The notes under the pieces: generated by a model
Database searches by the model: none
What the model saw: only the letters and a program-made list of their open reading frames with translations
What the model was told of the DNA's origin: nothing
Program-made: the position numbers and the translations under genes
Shown here: positions 27,901 to 42,700 of the stretch, piece by piece
Numbering within the stretch: the first letter of the stretch is position 1
How the letters are laid out: each line of letters opens with the position of its first letter
Assembly: GCA_964057225.1 (NCBI GenBank)
Contig: OZ059899.1
Span: 62,001-126,000, forward strand
Length of the DNA stretch: 64,000 nucleotides
From: Auanema rhodensis
Lineage: Eukaryota > Animalia > Nematoda
Direction of reading: 5' to 3'

Positions 27901-30900
27901 CTAATTTTGAAAACCGCATCTCTTTATCTTTCATGTGAAGCGAGTTACATACCAAGTGCACATCACGTGTACATTTAATTAGCATAAATTAAAGTTCACG
28001 TAAATTTCAAAGTCATGGTTACCATGCACCAATATCAATAAAACTTTGTTTTCAGACTAATATGAACATGGGGAATCTAATTTTGAAAACCGCATCTCTT
28101 TATCTTTTACGTGAAGCGAGTTACATACCAAGTGCACATCACGTGTACATTTAATTAGCATAAATTAAAGTTCATGTAAATTTCAAAGTCATGGTTACCA
28201 TGCACCAATATCAATAAAAATTTGTTTTTAGACTAATATCGACATGGGGAATCTAATTTTGAAAACCGCATCTCTTTATCTTTCACGTGAAGCGAGTTAC
28301 ATACCAAGTGCACATCACGTGTACATTTAATTAGCATAAACTAAAGTTCACGTAAATTTCAAAGGCATGGTTACCATGAACCAATATCAATAAAAATTTG
28401 TTTTTAGACTAATATGGACATGGGGAATCTAATTTTGAAAACCGCATCTCTTTATCTTTCACGTGAAGCGAGTTACATACCAAGTGCACATCACGTGTAC
28501 ATTTAATTAGCATAAATTAAAGTTCACGTAAATTTCAAAGTCATGGTTACCATGCACCAATATCAATAAAAATTTGTTTTTAGACTAATATGGACATGGG
28601 GAATCTAATTTTGAAAACCGCATCTCTTTATCTTTCACGTGAAGCGAGTTACATACCAAGTGCACATCACGTGTACATTTAATTAGCATAAATTAAAGTT
28701 CACGTAAAATTCAAAGTCATGGTTACCATGCACCAATATCAATAAAAATTTGTTTTTAGACTAATATGGACATGGGGAATCTAATTTTGAAAACCGCATC
28801 TCTTTATCTTTTACGTGAAGCGAGTTACATACCAAGTGCACATCACGTGTACATTTAATTAGCATAAATTAAAGTTCACGTAAATTTCAAAGTCATGGTT
28901 ACCATGCACCAATATCAATAAAAATTTGTTTTTAGACTAATATGGACATGGGGAATCTAATTTTGAAAACCGCATCTCTTTATCTTCCACGTGAAGCGAG
29001 TTACATACCAAGTGCACATCACGTGTACATTTAATTAGCATAAATTAAAGTTCACGTAAAATTCAAAGTCATGGTTACCATGCACCAATATCAATAAAAA
29101 TTTGTTTTTAGACTAATATGGACATGGGGAATCTAATTTTGAAAACCGCATCTCTTTATCTTTTACGTGAAGCGAGTTACATACCAAGTGCACATCACGT
29201 GTACATTTAATTAGCATAAATTAAAGTTCACGTAAATTTCAAAGTCATGGTTACCATGAACCAATATCAATAAAAATTTGTTTTTAGACTAATATGGACA
29301 TGGGGAATCTAATTTTGAAAACCGCATCTCTTTATCTTTCACGTGAAGCGAGTTACATACCAAGTGCACATCACGTGTACATTTAATTAGCATAAATTAA
29401 AGTTCACGTAAAATTCAAAGTCATGGTTACCATGCACCAATATCAATAAAAATTTGTTTTTAGACTAATATGGACATGGGGAATCTAATTTTGAAAACCG
29501 CATCTCTTTATCTTTTACGTGAAGCGAGTTACATACCAAGTGCACATCACGTGTACATTTAATTAGCATAAATTAAAGTTCACGTAAATTTCAAAGTCAT
29601 GGTTACCATGAACCAATATCAATAAAAATTTGTTTTTAGACTAATATGGACATGGGGAATCTAATTTTGAAAACCGCATCTCTTTATCTTTCACGTGAAG
29701 CGAGTTACATACCAAGTGCACATCACGTGTACATTTAATTAGCATAAATTAAAGTTCACGTAAATTTCAAAGTCATGGTTACCATGAACCAATATCAATA
29801 AAAATTTGTTTTTAGACTAATATGGACAAGGGGAATCTAATTTTGAAAACCGCATCTCTTTATCTTTCACGTGAAGCGAGTTACATACCAAGTGCACATC
29901 ACGTGTACATTTAATTAGCATAAATTAAAGTTCACGTAAATTTCAAAGTCATGGTTACCATGCACCAATATCAATAAAAATTTGTTTTTAGACTAATATG
30001 GACATGGGGAATCTAATTTTGAAAACCGCATCTCTTTATCTTTCACGTGAAGCGAGTTACATACCAAGTGCACATCACGTGTACATTTAATTAGCATAAA
30101 TTAAAGTTCACGTAAATTTCAAAGTCATGGTTACCATGCACCAATATCAATAAAAATTTGTTTTTAGACTAATATGGACATGGGGAATCTAAATTTGAAA
30201 ACCGCATCTCTTTATCTCTCACGTGAAGCGAGTTACATACCAAGGGCACATCACGTGTACATTTAATTAGCATAAATTAAAGTTCCCGTAAATTTCAAAG
30301 TCATGGTTACCATGCACCAATATCAATAAAAATTTGTTTTTAGACTAATATGGACATGGGGAATCTAATTTTGAAAACCGCATCTCTTTATCTTTCACGT
30401 GAAGCGAGTTACATACCAAGGGCACATCACGTGTACATTTAATTAGCATAAATTAAAGTTCCCGTAAATTTCAAAGTCATGGTTACCATGCACCAATATC
30501 AATAAAAATTTGTTTTTAGACTAATATGGACATGGGGAATCTAATTTTGAAAACCGCATCTCTTTATCTTTCACGTGAAGCGAGTTACATACCAAGTGCA
30601 CATCACGTGTACATTTAATTAGCATAAATTAAAGTTCACGTAAATTTCAAAGTCATGGCTACCATGAACCAATATCAATAAAAATTTGTTTTTAGACTAA
30701 TATGGACATAGGGAATCTAATTTTGAAAACCGCATCTCTTCATCTTTCACGTGAAGCGAGTTACATACCAAGTGCACATCACGTGTACATTTAATTAGCA
30801 TAAATTGAAGTTCACGTAAATTTCAAAGTCATGGTTACCATGAACCAATATCAATAAAAATTTGTTTTTAGACTAATATGGACATGGGGAATCTAATTTT

Positions 30901-33263
30901 GAAAACCGCATCTCTTTATCTTTCACGTGAAGCAAGTTACATACCAAGTGCACATCACGTGTACGTTTAATTAGCAAAAATTAAAGTTCACGTAAATTTC
31001 AAAGTCATAGTTACCATGCACCAATATCAATAAAAATTTGTTTTTAGACTAATATGGACATGGGGAATCTAATTTTGAAAACCGCATCTCTTTATCTTTT
31101 ACGTGAAGCGAGTTACATACCAAGTGCACATCACGTGTACATTTAATTAGCATAAATTAAAGTTCACGTAAATTTCAAAGTCATGGTTACCATGCACCAA
31201 TATCAATAAAAATTTGTTTTTAGACTAATATGGACATGGGGAATCTAATTTTGAAAACCGCATCTCTTTATCTTTCACGTGAAGCGAGTTACATACCAAG
31301 TGCACATCACGTGTACATTTAATTAGCATAAATTAAAGTTCACGTAAATTTCAAAGTCATGGTTACCACGCACCAATATCAATAAAAATTTGTTTTTAGA
31401 CTAATATGGACATGGGGAATCTAATTTTGAAAACCGCATCTCTTTATCTTTCACGTGAAGCGAGTTACATACCAAGTGCACATCACGTGTACATTTAATT
31501 AGCATAAATTAAAGTTCACGTAAATTTCAAAGTCATAGTTACCATGCACCAATATCAATAAAAATTTGTTTTTAGACTAATATGGACATGGGGAATCTAA
31601 TTTTGAAAACCGCATCTCTTTATCTTTCACGTGAAGCGAGTTACATACCAAGTGCACATCACGTGTACATTTAATTAGCATAAATTAAAGTTCACGTAAA
31701 TTTCAAAGTCATGGTTACCATGCACCAATATCAATAAAAATTTATTTTTAGACTAATATGGACATGGGGAATCTAATTTTGAAAACCGCATCTCTTTATC
31801 TTTCACGTGAAGCGAGTTACATACCAAGTGCACATCACGTGTACATTTAATTAGCATAAATTAAAGTTCACGTAAATTTCAAAGTCATGGTTACCATGAA
31901 CCAATATCAATAAAAATTTGTTTTTAGACTAATATGGACATGGGGAATCTAATTTTGAAAACCGCATCTCTTTATCTTTCACGTGAAGCAAGTTACATAC
32001 CAAGTGCACATCACGTGTACATTTAATTAGCATAAATTAAAGTTCACGTAAATTTCAAAGTCATAGTTACCATGCACCAATATCAATAAAAATTTGTTTT
32101 TAGACTAATATGGACATGGGGAATCTAATTTTGAAAACCGCATCTCTTTATCTTTCACGTGAAGCGAGTTACATACCAAGTGCACATCACGTGTACATTT
32201 AATTAGCATAAATTAAAGTTCACGTAAATTTCAAAGTCATGGTTACCATGCACCAATATCAATAAAAATTTGTTTTTAGACTAATATGGACATGGGGAAT
32301 CTAATTTTGAAAACCGCATCTCTTTATCTTTCACGTGAAGCGAGTTACATACCAAGTGCACATCACGTGTACATTTAATTAGCATAAATTAAAGTTCACG
32401 TAAATTTCAAAGTCATGGTTACCACGCACCAATATCAATAAAAATTTGTTTTTAGACTAATATGGACATGGGGAATCTAATTTTGAAAACCGCATCTCTT
32501 TATCTTTCACGTGAAGCGAGTTACATACCAAGTGCACATCACGTGTACATTTAATTAGCATAAATTAAAGTTCACGTAAATTTCAAAGTCATGGTTACCA
32601 TGAACCAATATCAATAAAAATTTGTTTTTAGACTAATATGGACATGGGGAATCTAATTTTGAAAACCGCATCTCTTTATCTTTCACGTGAAGCAAGTTAC
32701 ATACCAAGTGCACATCACGTGTACATTTAATTAGCATAAATTAAAGTTCACGTAAATTTCAAAGTCATAGTTACCATGCACCAATATCAATAAAAATTTG
32801 TTTTTAGACTAATATGGACATGGGGAATCTAATTTTGAAAACCGCATCTCTTTATCTTTCACGTGAAGCGAGTTACATACCAAGTGCACATCACGTGTAC
32901 ATTTAATTAGCATAAATTAAAGTTCACGTAAATTTCAAAGTCATGGTTACCATGCACCAATATCAATAAAAATTTGTTTTTAGACTAATATGGACATGGG
33001 GAATCTAATTTTGAAAACCGCATCTCTTTATCTTTCACGTGAAGCGAGTTACATACCAAGTGCACATCACGTGTACATTTAATTAGCATAAATTAAAGTT
33101 CACGTAAATTTCAAAGTCATGGTTACCACGCACCAATATCAATAAAAATTTGTTTTTAGACTAATATGGACATGGGGAATCTAATTTTGAAAACCGCATC
33201 TCTTTATCTTTCACGTGAAGCGAGTTACATACCAAGTGCACATCACGTGTACATTTAATTAGC

Positions 33264-36200
33264 ATAAATTAAAGTTCACGTAAATTTCAAAGTCATAGTT
33301 ACCATGCACCAATATCAATAAAAATTTGTTTTTAGACTAATATGGACATGGGGAATCTAATTTTGAAAACCGCATCTCTTTATCTTTCACGTGAAGCGAG
33401 TTACATACCAAGTGCACATCACGTGTACATTTAATTAGCATAAATTAAAGTTCACGTAAATTTCAAAGTCATGGTTACCATGCACCAATATCAATAAAAA
33501 TTTGTTTTTAGACTAATATGGACATGGGTAATCTAATTTTGAAAACCGCATCTCTTTATCTTTCACGTGAAGCGAGTTACATACCAAGTGCACATCACGT
33601 GTACATTTAATTAGCATAAATTAAAGTTCACGTAAATTTCAAAGTCATGGTTACCATGCACCAATATCAATAAAAATTTGTTTTTAGACTAATATGGACA
33701 TGGGGAATCTAATTTTGAAAACCGCATCTCTTCATCTTTCACGTGAAGCGAGTTACCTACCAAGTGCACATCACGTGTACATTTAATTAGCATAAATTAA
33801 AGTTCACGTAAATTTCAAAGTCATGGTTACCATGCACCAATATCAATAAAAATTTGTTTTTAGACTAATATGGACATGGGGAATCTAATTTTGAAAACCG
33901 CATCTCTTTATCTTTCATGTGAAGCGAGTTACATACCAAGTGCACATCACGTGTACATTTAATTAGCATAAATTAAAGTTCACGTAAATTTCAAAGTCAT
34001 GGTTACCACGCACCAATATCAATAAAAATTTGTTTTTAGACTAATATGGACATGGGGAATCTAATTTTGAAAACCGCATCTCTTTATCTTTCACGTGAAG
34101 CGAGTTACATACCAAGTGCACATCACGTGTACATTTAATTAGCATAAATTAAAGTTCACGTAAATTTCAAAGTCATGGTTACCACGCACCAATATCAATA
34201 AAAATTTGTTTTTAGACTAATATGGACATGGGGAATCTAATTTTGAAAACCGCATCTCTTTATCTTTCACGTGAAGCGAGTTACATACCAAGTGCACATC
34301 ACGTGTACATTTAATTAGCATAAATTAAAGTTCACGTAAATTTCAAAGTCATGGTTACCATGCACCAATATCAATAAAAATTTGTTTTTAGACTAATATA
34401 GACATGGGGAATCTAATTTTGAAAACCGCATCTCTTTATCTTTCACGTGAAGCGAGTTACATACCAAGTGCACATCACGTGTACATTTAATTAGCATAAA
34501 TTAAAGTTCACGTAAATTTCAAAGTCATGGTTACCATGCACCAATATCAATAAAAATTTGTTTTTAGACTAATATGGACATAGGGAATCTAATTTTGAAA
34601 ACCGCATCTCTTTATCTTTCACGTGAAGCGAGTTACATACCAAGTGCACATCACGTGTACATTTAATTAGCATAAATTAAAGTTCCCGTAAATTTCAAAG
34701 TCATGGTTACCATGCACCAATATCAATAAAAATTTGTTTTTAGACTAATATGGACATAGGGAATCTAATTTTGAAAACCGCATCTCTTTATCTTTCACGT
34801 GAAGCGAGTTACATACCAAGTGCACATCACGTGTACATTTAATTAGCATAAATTAAAGTTCACGTAAATTTCAAAGTCATGGCTACCATGAACCAATATC
34901 AATAAAAATTTGTTTTTAGACTAATATGGACATGGGGAATCTAATTTTGAAAACCGCATCTCTTTATCTTTCACGTGAAGCGAGTTACATACCAAGTGCA
35001 CATCACGTGTACATTTAATTAGCATAAATTAAAGTTCACGTAAATTTCAAAGTCATAGTTACCATGCACCAATATCAATAAAAATTTGTTTTTAGACTAA
35101 TATGGACATGGGGAATCTAATTTTGAAAACCGCATCTCTTTATCTTTCACGTGAAGCGAGTTACATACCAAGTGCACATCACGTGTACATTTAATTAGCA
35201 TAAATTAAAGTTCACGTAAATTTCAAAGTCATGGTTACCATGCACCAATATCAATAAAAATTTGTTTTTAGACTAATATGGACATGGGTAATCTAATTTT
35301 GAAAACCGCATCTCTTTATCTTTCACGTGAAGCGAGTTACATACCAAGTGCACATCACGTGTACATTTAATTAGCATAAATTAAAGTTCACGTAAATTTC
35401 AAAGTCATGGTTACCATGCACCAATATCAATAAAAATTTGTTTTTAGACTAATATGGACATGGGGAATCTAATTTTGAAAACCGCATCTCTTCATCTTTC
35501 ACGTGAAGCGAGTTACCTACCAAGTGCACATCACGTGTACATTTAATTAGCATAAATTAAAGTTCACGTAAATTTCAAAGTCATGGTTACCATGCACCAA
35601 TATCAATAAAAATTTGTTTTTAGACTAATATGGACATGGGGAATCTAATTTTGAAAACCGCATCTCTTTATCTTTCATGTGAAGCGAGTTACATACCAAG
35701 TGCACATCACGTGTACATTTAATTAGCATAAATTAAAGTTCACGTAAATTTCAAAGTCATGGTTACCACGCACCAATATCAATAAAAATTTGTTTTTAGA
35801 CTAATATGGACATGGGGAATCTAATTTTGAAAACCGCATCTCTTTATCTTTCACGTGAAGCGAGTTACATACCAAGTGCACATCACGTGTACATTTAATT
35901 AGCATAAATTAAAGTTCACGTAAATTTCAAAGTCATGGTTACCACGCACCAATATCAATAAAAATTTGTTTTTAGACTAATATGGACATGGGGAATCTAA
36001 TTTTGAAAACCGCATCTCTTTATCTTTCACGTGAAGCGAGTTACATACCAAGTGCACATCACGTGTACATTTAATTAGCATAAATTAAAGTTCACGTAAA
36101 TTTCAAAGTCATGGTTACCATGCACCAATATCAATAAAAATTTGTTTTTAGACTAATATAGACATGGGGAATCTAATTTTGAAAACCGCATCTCTTTATC

Positions 36201-36783
36201 TTTCACGTGAAGCGAGTTACATACCAAGTGCACATCACGTGTACATTTAATTAGCATAAATTAAAGTTCACGTAAATTTCAAAGTCATGGTTACCATGCA
36301 CCAATATCAATAAAAATTTGTTTTTAGACTAATATGGACATAGGGAATCTAATTTTGAAAACCGCATCTCTTTATCTTTCACGTGAAGCGAGTTACATAC
36401 CAAGTGCACATCACGTGTACATTTAATTAGCATAAATTAAAGTTCCCGTAAATTTCAAAGTCATGGTTACCATGCACCAATATCAATAAAAATTTGTTTT
36501 TAGACTAATATGGACATGGGGAATCTAATTTTGAAAACCGCATCTCTTTATCTTTCACGTGAAGCGAGTTACATACCAAGTGCACATCACGTGTACATTT
36601 AATTAGCATAAATTAAAGTTCACGTAAATTTCAAAGTCATGGCTACCATGAACCAATATCAATAAAAATTTGTTTTTAGACTAATATGGACATAGGGAAT
36701 CTAATTTTGAAAACCGCATCTCGTCATCTTTCACGTGAAGCGAGTTACATACCAAGTGCACATCACGTGTACATTTAATTAGC
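33264..36783 (+). repeat. Tandem 2 x 10-monomer (1760 bp) block duplication
   Basis: Rare variants repeat at a 1760-bp offset: ATGGGTAAT (33529/35289), GTTACCTAC (33757/35517), TAATATAGAC (34400/36160), plus TTCCCGTA and GGCTACC. The last two monomers differ slightly between the copies. Confidence 0.9.
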
Positions 36784-39700
36784 ATAAATTGAAGTTCACG
36801 TAAATTTCAAAGTCATGGTTACCATGAACCAATATCAATAAAAATTTGTTTTTAGACTAATATGGACATGGGGAATCTAATTTTGAAAACCGCATCTCTT
36901 TATCTTTCACGTGAAGCAAGTTACATACCAAGTGCACATCACGTGTACATTTAATTAGCATAAATTAAAGTTCACGTAAATTTCAAAGTCATAGTTACCA
37001 TGCACCAATATCAATAAAAATTTGTTTTTAGACTAATATGGACATGGGGAATCTAATTTTGAAAACCGCATCTCTTTATCTTTCACGTGAAGCGAGTTAC
37101 ATACCAAGTGCACATCACGTGTACATTTAATTAGCATAAATTAAAGTTCACGTAAATTTCAAAGTCATGGTTACCACGCACCAATATCAATAAAAATTTG
37201 TTTTTAGACTAATATGGACATGGGGAATCTAATTTTGAAAACCGCATCTCTTTATCTTTCACGTGAAGCGAGTTACATACCAAGTGCACATCACGTGTAC
37301 ATTTAATTAGCATAAATTAAAGTTCACGTAAATTTCAAAGTCATGGTTACCACGCACCAATATCAATAAAAATTTGTTTTTAGACTAATATGGACATGGG
37401 GAATCTAATTTTGAAAACCGCATCTCTTTATCTTTCACGTGAAGCGAGTTACATACCAAGTGCACATCACGTGTACATTTAATTAGCATAAATTAAAGTT
37501 CACGTAAATTTCAAAGTCATAGTTACCATGCACCAATATCAATAAAAATTTGTTTTTAGACTAATATGGACATGGGGAATCTAATTTTGAAAACCGCATC
37601 TCTTTATCTTTCACGTGAAGCGAGTTACATACCAAGTGCACATCACGTGTACATTTAATTAGCATAAATTAAAGTTCACGTAAATTTCAAAGTCATGGCT
37701 ACCATGAACCAATATCAATAAAAATTTGTTTTTAGACTAATATGGACATAGGGAATCTAATTTTGAAAACCGCATCTCTTCATCTTTCACGTGAAGCGAG
37801 TTACATACCAAGTGCACATCACGTGTACATTTAATTAGCATAAATTGAAGTTCACGTAAATTTCAAAGTCATGGTTACCATGAACCAATATCAATAAAAA
37901 TTTGTTTTTAGACTAATATGGACATGGGGAATCTAATTTTGAAAACCGCATCTCTTTATCTTTCACGTGAAGCGAGTTACATACCAAGTGCACATCACGT
38001 GTACATTTAATTAGCATAAATTAAAGTTCACGTAAATTTCAAAGTCATGGTTACCATGCACCAATATCAATAAAAATTTGTTTTTAGACTAATATGGACA
38101 TGGGGAATCTAATTTTGAAAACCGCATCTCTTTATCTTTCACGTGAAGCGAGTTACATACCAAGTGCACATCACGTGTACATTTAATTAGCATAAATTAA
38201 AGTTCACGTAAATTTCAAAGTCATGGTTACCACGCACCAATATCAATAAAAATTTGTTTTTAGACTAATATGGACATGGGGAATCTAATTTTGAAAACCG
38301 CATCTCTTTATCTTTCACGTGAAGCGAGTTACATACCAAGTGCACATCACGTGTACATTTAATTAGCATAAATTAAAGTTCACGTAAATTTCAAAGTCAT
38401 GGTTACCACGCACCAATATCAATAAAAATTTGTTTTTAGACTAATATGGACATGGGGAATCTAATTTTGAAAACCGCATCTCTTTATCTTTCACGTGAAG
38501 CGAGTTACATACCAAGTGCACATCACGTGTACATTTAATTAGCATAAATTAAAGTTCACGTAAATTTCAAAGTCATAGTTACCATGCACCAATATCAATA
38601 AAAATTTGTTTTTAGACTAATATGGACATGGGGAATCTAATTTTGAAAACCGCATCTCTTTATCTTTCACGTGAAGCGAGTTACATACCAAGTGCACATC
38701 ACGTGTACATTTAATTAGCATAAATTAAAGTTCACGTAAATTTCAAAGTCATGGTTACCATGCACCAATATCAATAAAAATTTGTTTTTAGACTAATATG
38801 GACATGGGGAATCTAATTTTGAAAACCGCATCTCTTTATCTTTCACGTGAAGCGAGTTACATACCAAGTGCACATCACGTGTACATTTAATTAGCATAAA
38901 TTAAAGTTCACGTAAATTTCAAAGTCATGGCTACCATGAACCAATATCAATAAAAATTTGTTTTTAGACTAATATGGACATAGGGAATCTAATTTTGAAA
39001 ACCGCATCTCTTCATCTTTCACGTGAAGCGAGTTACATACCAAGTGCACATCACGTGTACATTTAATTAGCATAAATTGAAGTTCACGTAAATTTCAAAG
39101 TCATGGTTACCATGAACCAATATCAATAAAAATTTGTTTTTAGACTAATATGGACATGGGGAATCTAATTTTGAAAACCGCATCTCTTTATCTTTCACGT
39201 GAAGCGAGTTACATACCAAGTGCACATCACGTGTACATTTAATTAGCATAAATTAAAGTTCACGTAAATTTCAAAGTCATGGTTACCATGCACCAATATC
39301 AATAAAAATTTGTTTTTAGACTAATATGGACATGGGGAATCTAATTTTGAAAACCGCATCTCTTTATCTTTCACGTGAAGCGAGTTACATACCAAGTGCA
39401 CATCACGTGTACATTTAATTAGCATAAATTAAAGTTCACGTAAATTTCAAAGTCATGGTTACCATGCACCAATATCAATAAAAATTTGTTTTTAGACTAA
39501 TATGGACATGGGGAATCTAATTTTGAAAACCGCATCTCTTTATCTTTCACGTGAAGCGAGTTACATACCAAGTGCACATCACGTGTACATTTAATTAGCA
39601 TAAATTAAAGTTCACGTAAATTTCAAAGTCATGGTTACCATGCACCAATATCAATAAAAATTTGTTTTTAGACTAATATGGACATGGGGAATCTAATTTT

Positions 39701-42700
39701 GAAAACCGCATCTCTTTATCTTTCACGTGAAGCGAGTTACATACCAAGTGCACATCACGTGTACATTTAATTAGCATAAATTAAAGTTCACGTAAATTTC
39801 AAAGTCATGGTTACCACGCACCAATATCAATAAAAATTTGTTTTTAGACTAATATGGACATGGGGAATCTAATTTTGAAAACCGCATCTCTTTATCTTTC
39901 ACGTGAAGCGAGTTACATACCAAGTGCACATCACGTGTACATTTAATTAGCATAAATTAAAGTTCACGTAAATTTCAAAGTCATGGTTACCATGCACCAA
40001 TATCAATAAAAATTTGTTTTTAGACTAATATGGACATGGGGAATCTAATTTTGAAAACCGCATCTCTTTATCTTTCACGTGAAGCAAGTTACATACCAAG
40101 TGCACATCACGTGTACATTTAATTAGCATAAATTAAAGTTCACGTAAATTTCAAAGTCATAGTTACCATGCACCAATATCAATAAAAATTTGTTTTTAGA
40201 CTAATATGGACATGGGGAATCTAATTTTGAAAACCGCATCTCTTTATCTTTCACGTGAAGCGAGTTACATACCAAGTGCACATCACGTGTACATTTAATT
40301 AGCATAAATTAAAGTTCACGTAAATTTCAAAGTCATGGTTACCATGCACCAATATCAATAAAAATTTGTTTTTAGACTAATATGGACATGGGGAATCTAA
40401 TTTTGAGAACCGCATCTCTTTATCTTTCACGTGAAGCGAGTTACATACCAAGTGCACATCACGTGTACATTTAATTAGCATAAATTAAAGTTCACGTAAA
40501 TTTCAAAGTCATAGTTACCATGCACCAATATCAATAAAAATTTGTTTTTAGACTAATATGGACATGGGGAATCTAATTTTGAAAACCGCATCTCTTTATC
40601 TTTCACGTGAAGCGAGTTACATACCAAGTGCACATCACGTGTACATTTAATTAGCATAAATTAATGTTCACGTAAATTTCAAAGTCATGGTTACCATGCA
40701 CCAATATCAATAAAAATTTGTTTTTAGACTAATATGGACATGGGGAATCTAATTTTGAAAACCGCATCTCTTTATCTTTCACGTGAAGCGAGTTACATAC
40801 CAAGTGCACATCACGTGTACATTTAATTAGCATAAATTAAAGTTCACGTAAATTTCAAAGTCATGGTTACCATGCACCAATATCAATAAAAATTTGTTTT
40901 TAGACTAATATGGACATGGGGAATCTAATTTTGAAAACCGCATCTCTTTATCTTTCACGTGAAGCGAGTTACATACCAAGTGCACATCACGTGTACATTT
41001 AATTAGCATAAATTAAAGTTCACGTAAATTTCAAAGTCATGGTTACCACGCACCAATATCAATAAAAATTTGTTTTTAGACTAATATGGACATGGGGAAT
41101 CTAATTTTGAAAACCGCATCTCTTTATCTTTCACGTGAAGCGAGTTACATACCAAGTGCACATCACGTGTACATTTAATTAGCATAAATTAAAGTTCACG
41201 TAAATTTCAAAGTCATGGTTACCATGAACCAATATCAATAAAAATTTGTTTTTAGACTAATATGGACATGGGGAATCTAATTTTGAAAACCGCATCTCTT
41301 TATCTTTCACGTGAAGCAAGATACATACCAAGTGCACATCACGTGTACATTTAATTAGCATAAATTAAAGTTCACGTAAATTTCAAAGTCATAGTTACCA
41401 TGCACCAATATCAATAAAAATTTGTTTTTAGACTAATATGGACATGGGTAATCTAATTTTGAAAACCGCATCTCTTTATCTTTCACGTGAAGCGAGTTAC
41501 ATACCAAGTGCACATCACGTGTACATTTAATTAGCATAAATTAAAGTTCACGTAAATTTCAAAGTCATGGTTACCATGCACCAATATCAATAAAAATTCG
41601 TTTTTAGACTAATATGGACGTGGGGAATCTAATTTTGAAAACCGCATCTCTTTATCTTTCACGTGAAGCGAGTTACATACCAAGTGCACATCACGTGTAC
41701 ATTTAATTAGCATAAATTAAAGTTCACGTAAATTTCAAAGTCATGGTTACCACGCACCAATATCAATAAAAATTTGTTTTTAGACTAATATGGACATGGG
41801 GAATCTAATTTTGAAAACCGCATCTCTTTATCTTTCACGTGAAGCGAGTTACATACCAAGTGCACATCACGTGTACATTTAATTAGCATAAATTAAAGTT
41901 CACGTAAATTTCAAAGTCATGGTTACCATGCACCAATATCAATAAAAATTTGTTTTTAGACTAATATGGACATGGGGAATCTAATTTTGAAAACCGCATC
42001 TCTTTATCTTTCACGTGAAGCGAGTTACATACCAAGTGCACATCACGTGTACATTTAATTAGCATAAATTAAAGTTCACGTAAATTTCAAAGTCATGGTT
42101 ACCATGCACCAATATCAATAAAAATTTGTTTTTAGACTAATATGGACATGGGGAATCTAATTTTGAAAACCGCATCTCTTTATCTTTCACGTGAAGCGAG
42201 TTAAATACTAAGTGCACATCACGTGTACATTTAATTAGCATAAATTAAAGTTCACGTAAATTTCAAAGTCATGGTTACCATGCACCAATATCAATAAAAA
42301 TTTGTTTTTAGACTAATATGGACATGGGGAATCTAATTTTGAAAACCGCATCTCTTTATCTTTCACGTGAAGCGAGTTACATACCAAGTGCACATCACGT
42401 GTACATTTAATAAGCATAAATTAAAGTTCACGTAAATTTCAAAGTCATGGTTACCATGAACCAATATCAATAAAAATTTGTTTTTAGACTAATATGGACA
42501 TGGGGAATCTAATTTTGAAAACCGCATCTCTTTATCTTTCACGTGAAGCGAGTTACATACCAAGTGCACATCACGTGTACATTTAATTAGCATAAATTAA
42601 AGTTCACGTAAATTTGAAAGTCATGGTTACCATGCACCAATATCAATAAAAATTTGTTTTTAGACTAATATGGACATGGGGAATCTAATTTTGAAAACCG

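Larger units (their letters stand above)
1..29567. repeat. Satellite sub-domain A (variants T22A, C125T, G81C, T6C, T70C, A61C, T30G, T167C, A170T)
   Basis: CACGTAAAATTC, CTTTTACGTG, ATATCGAC and TTTTCAGAC are frequent up to the monomer at 29392-29567 and are essentially absent afterwards. Confidence 0.85.
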
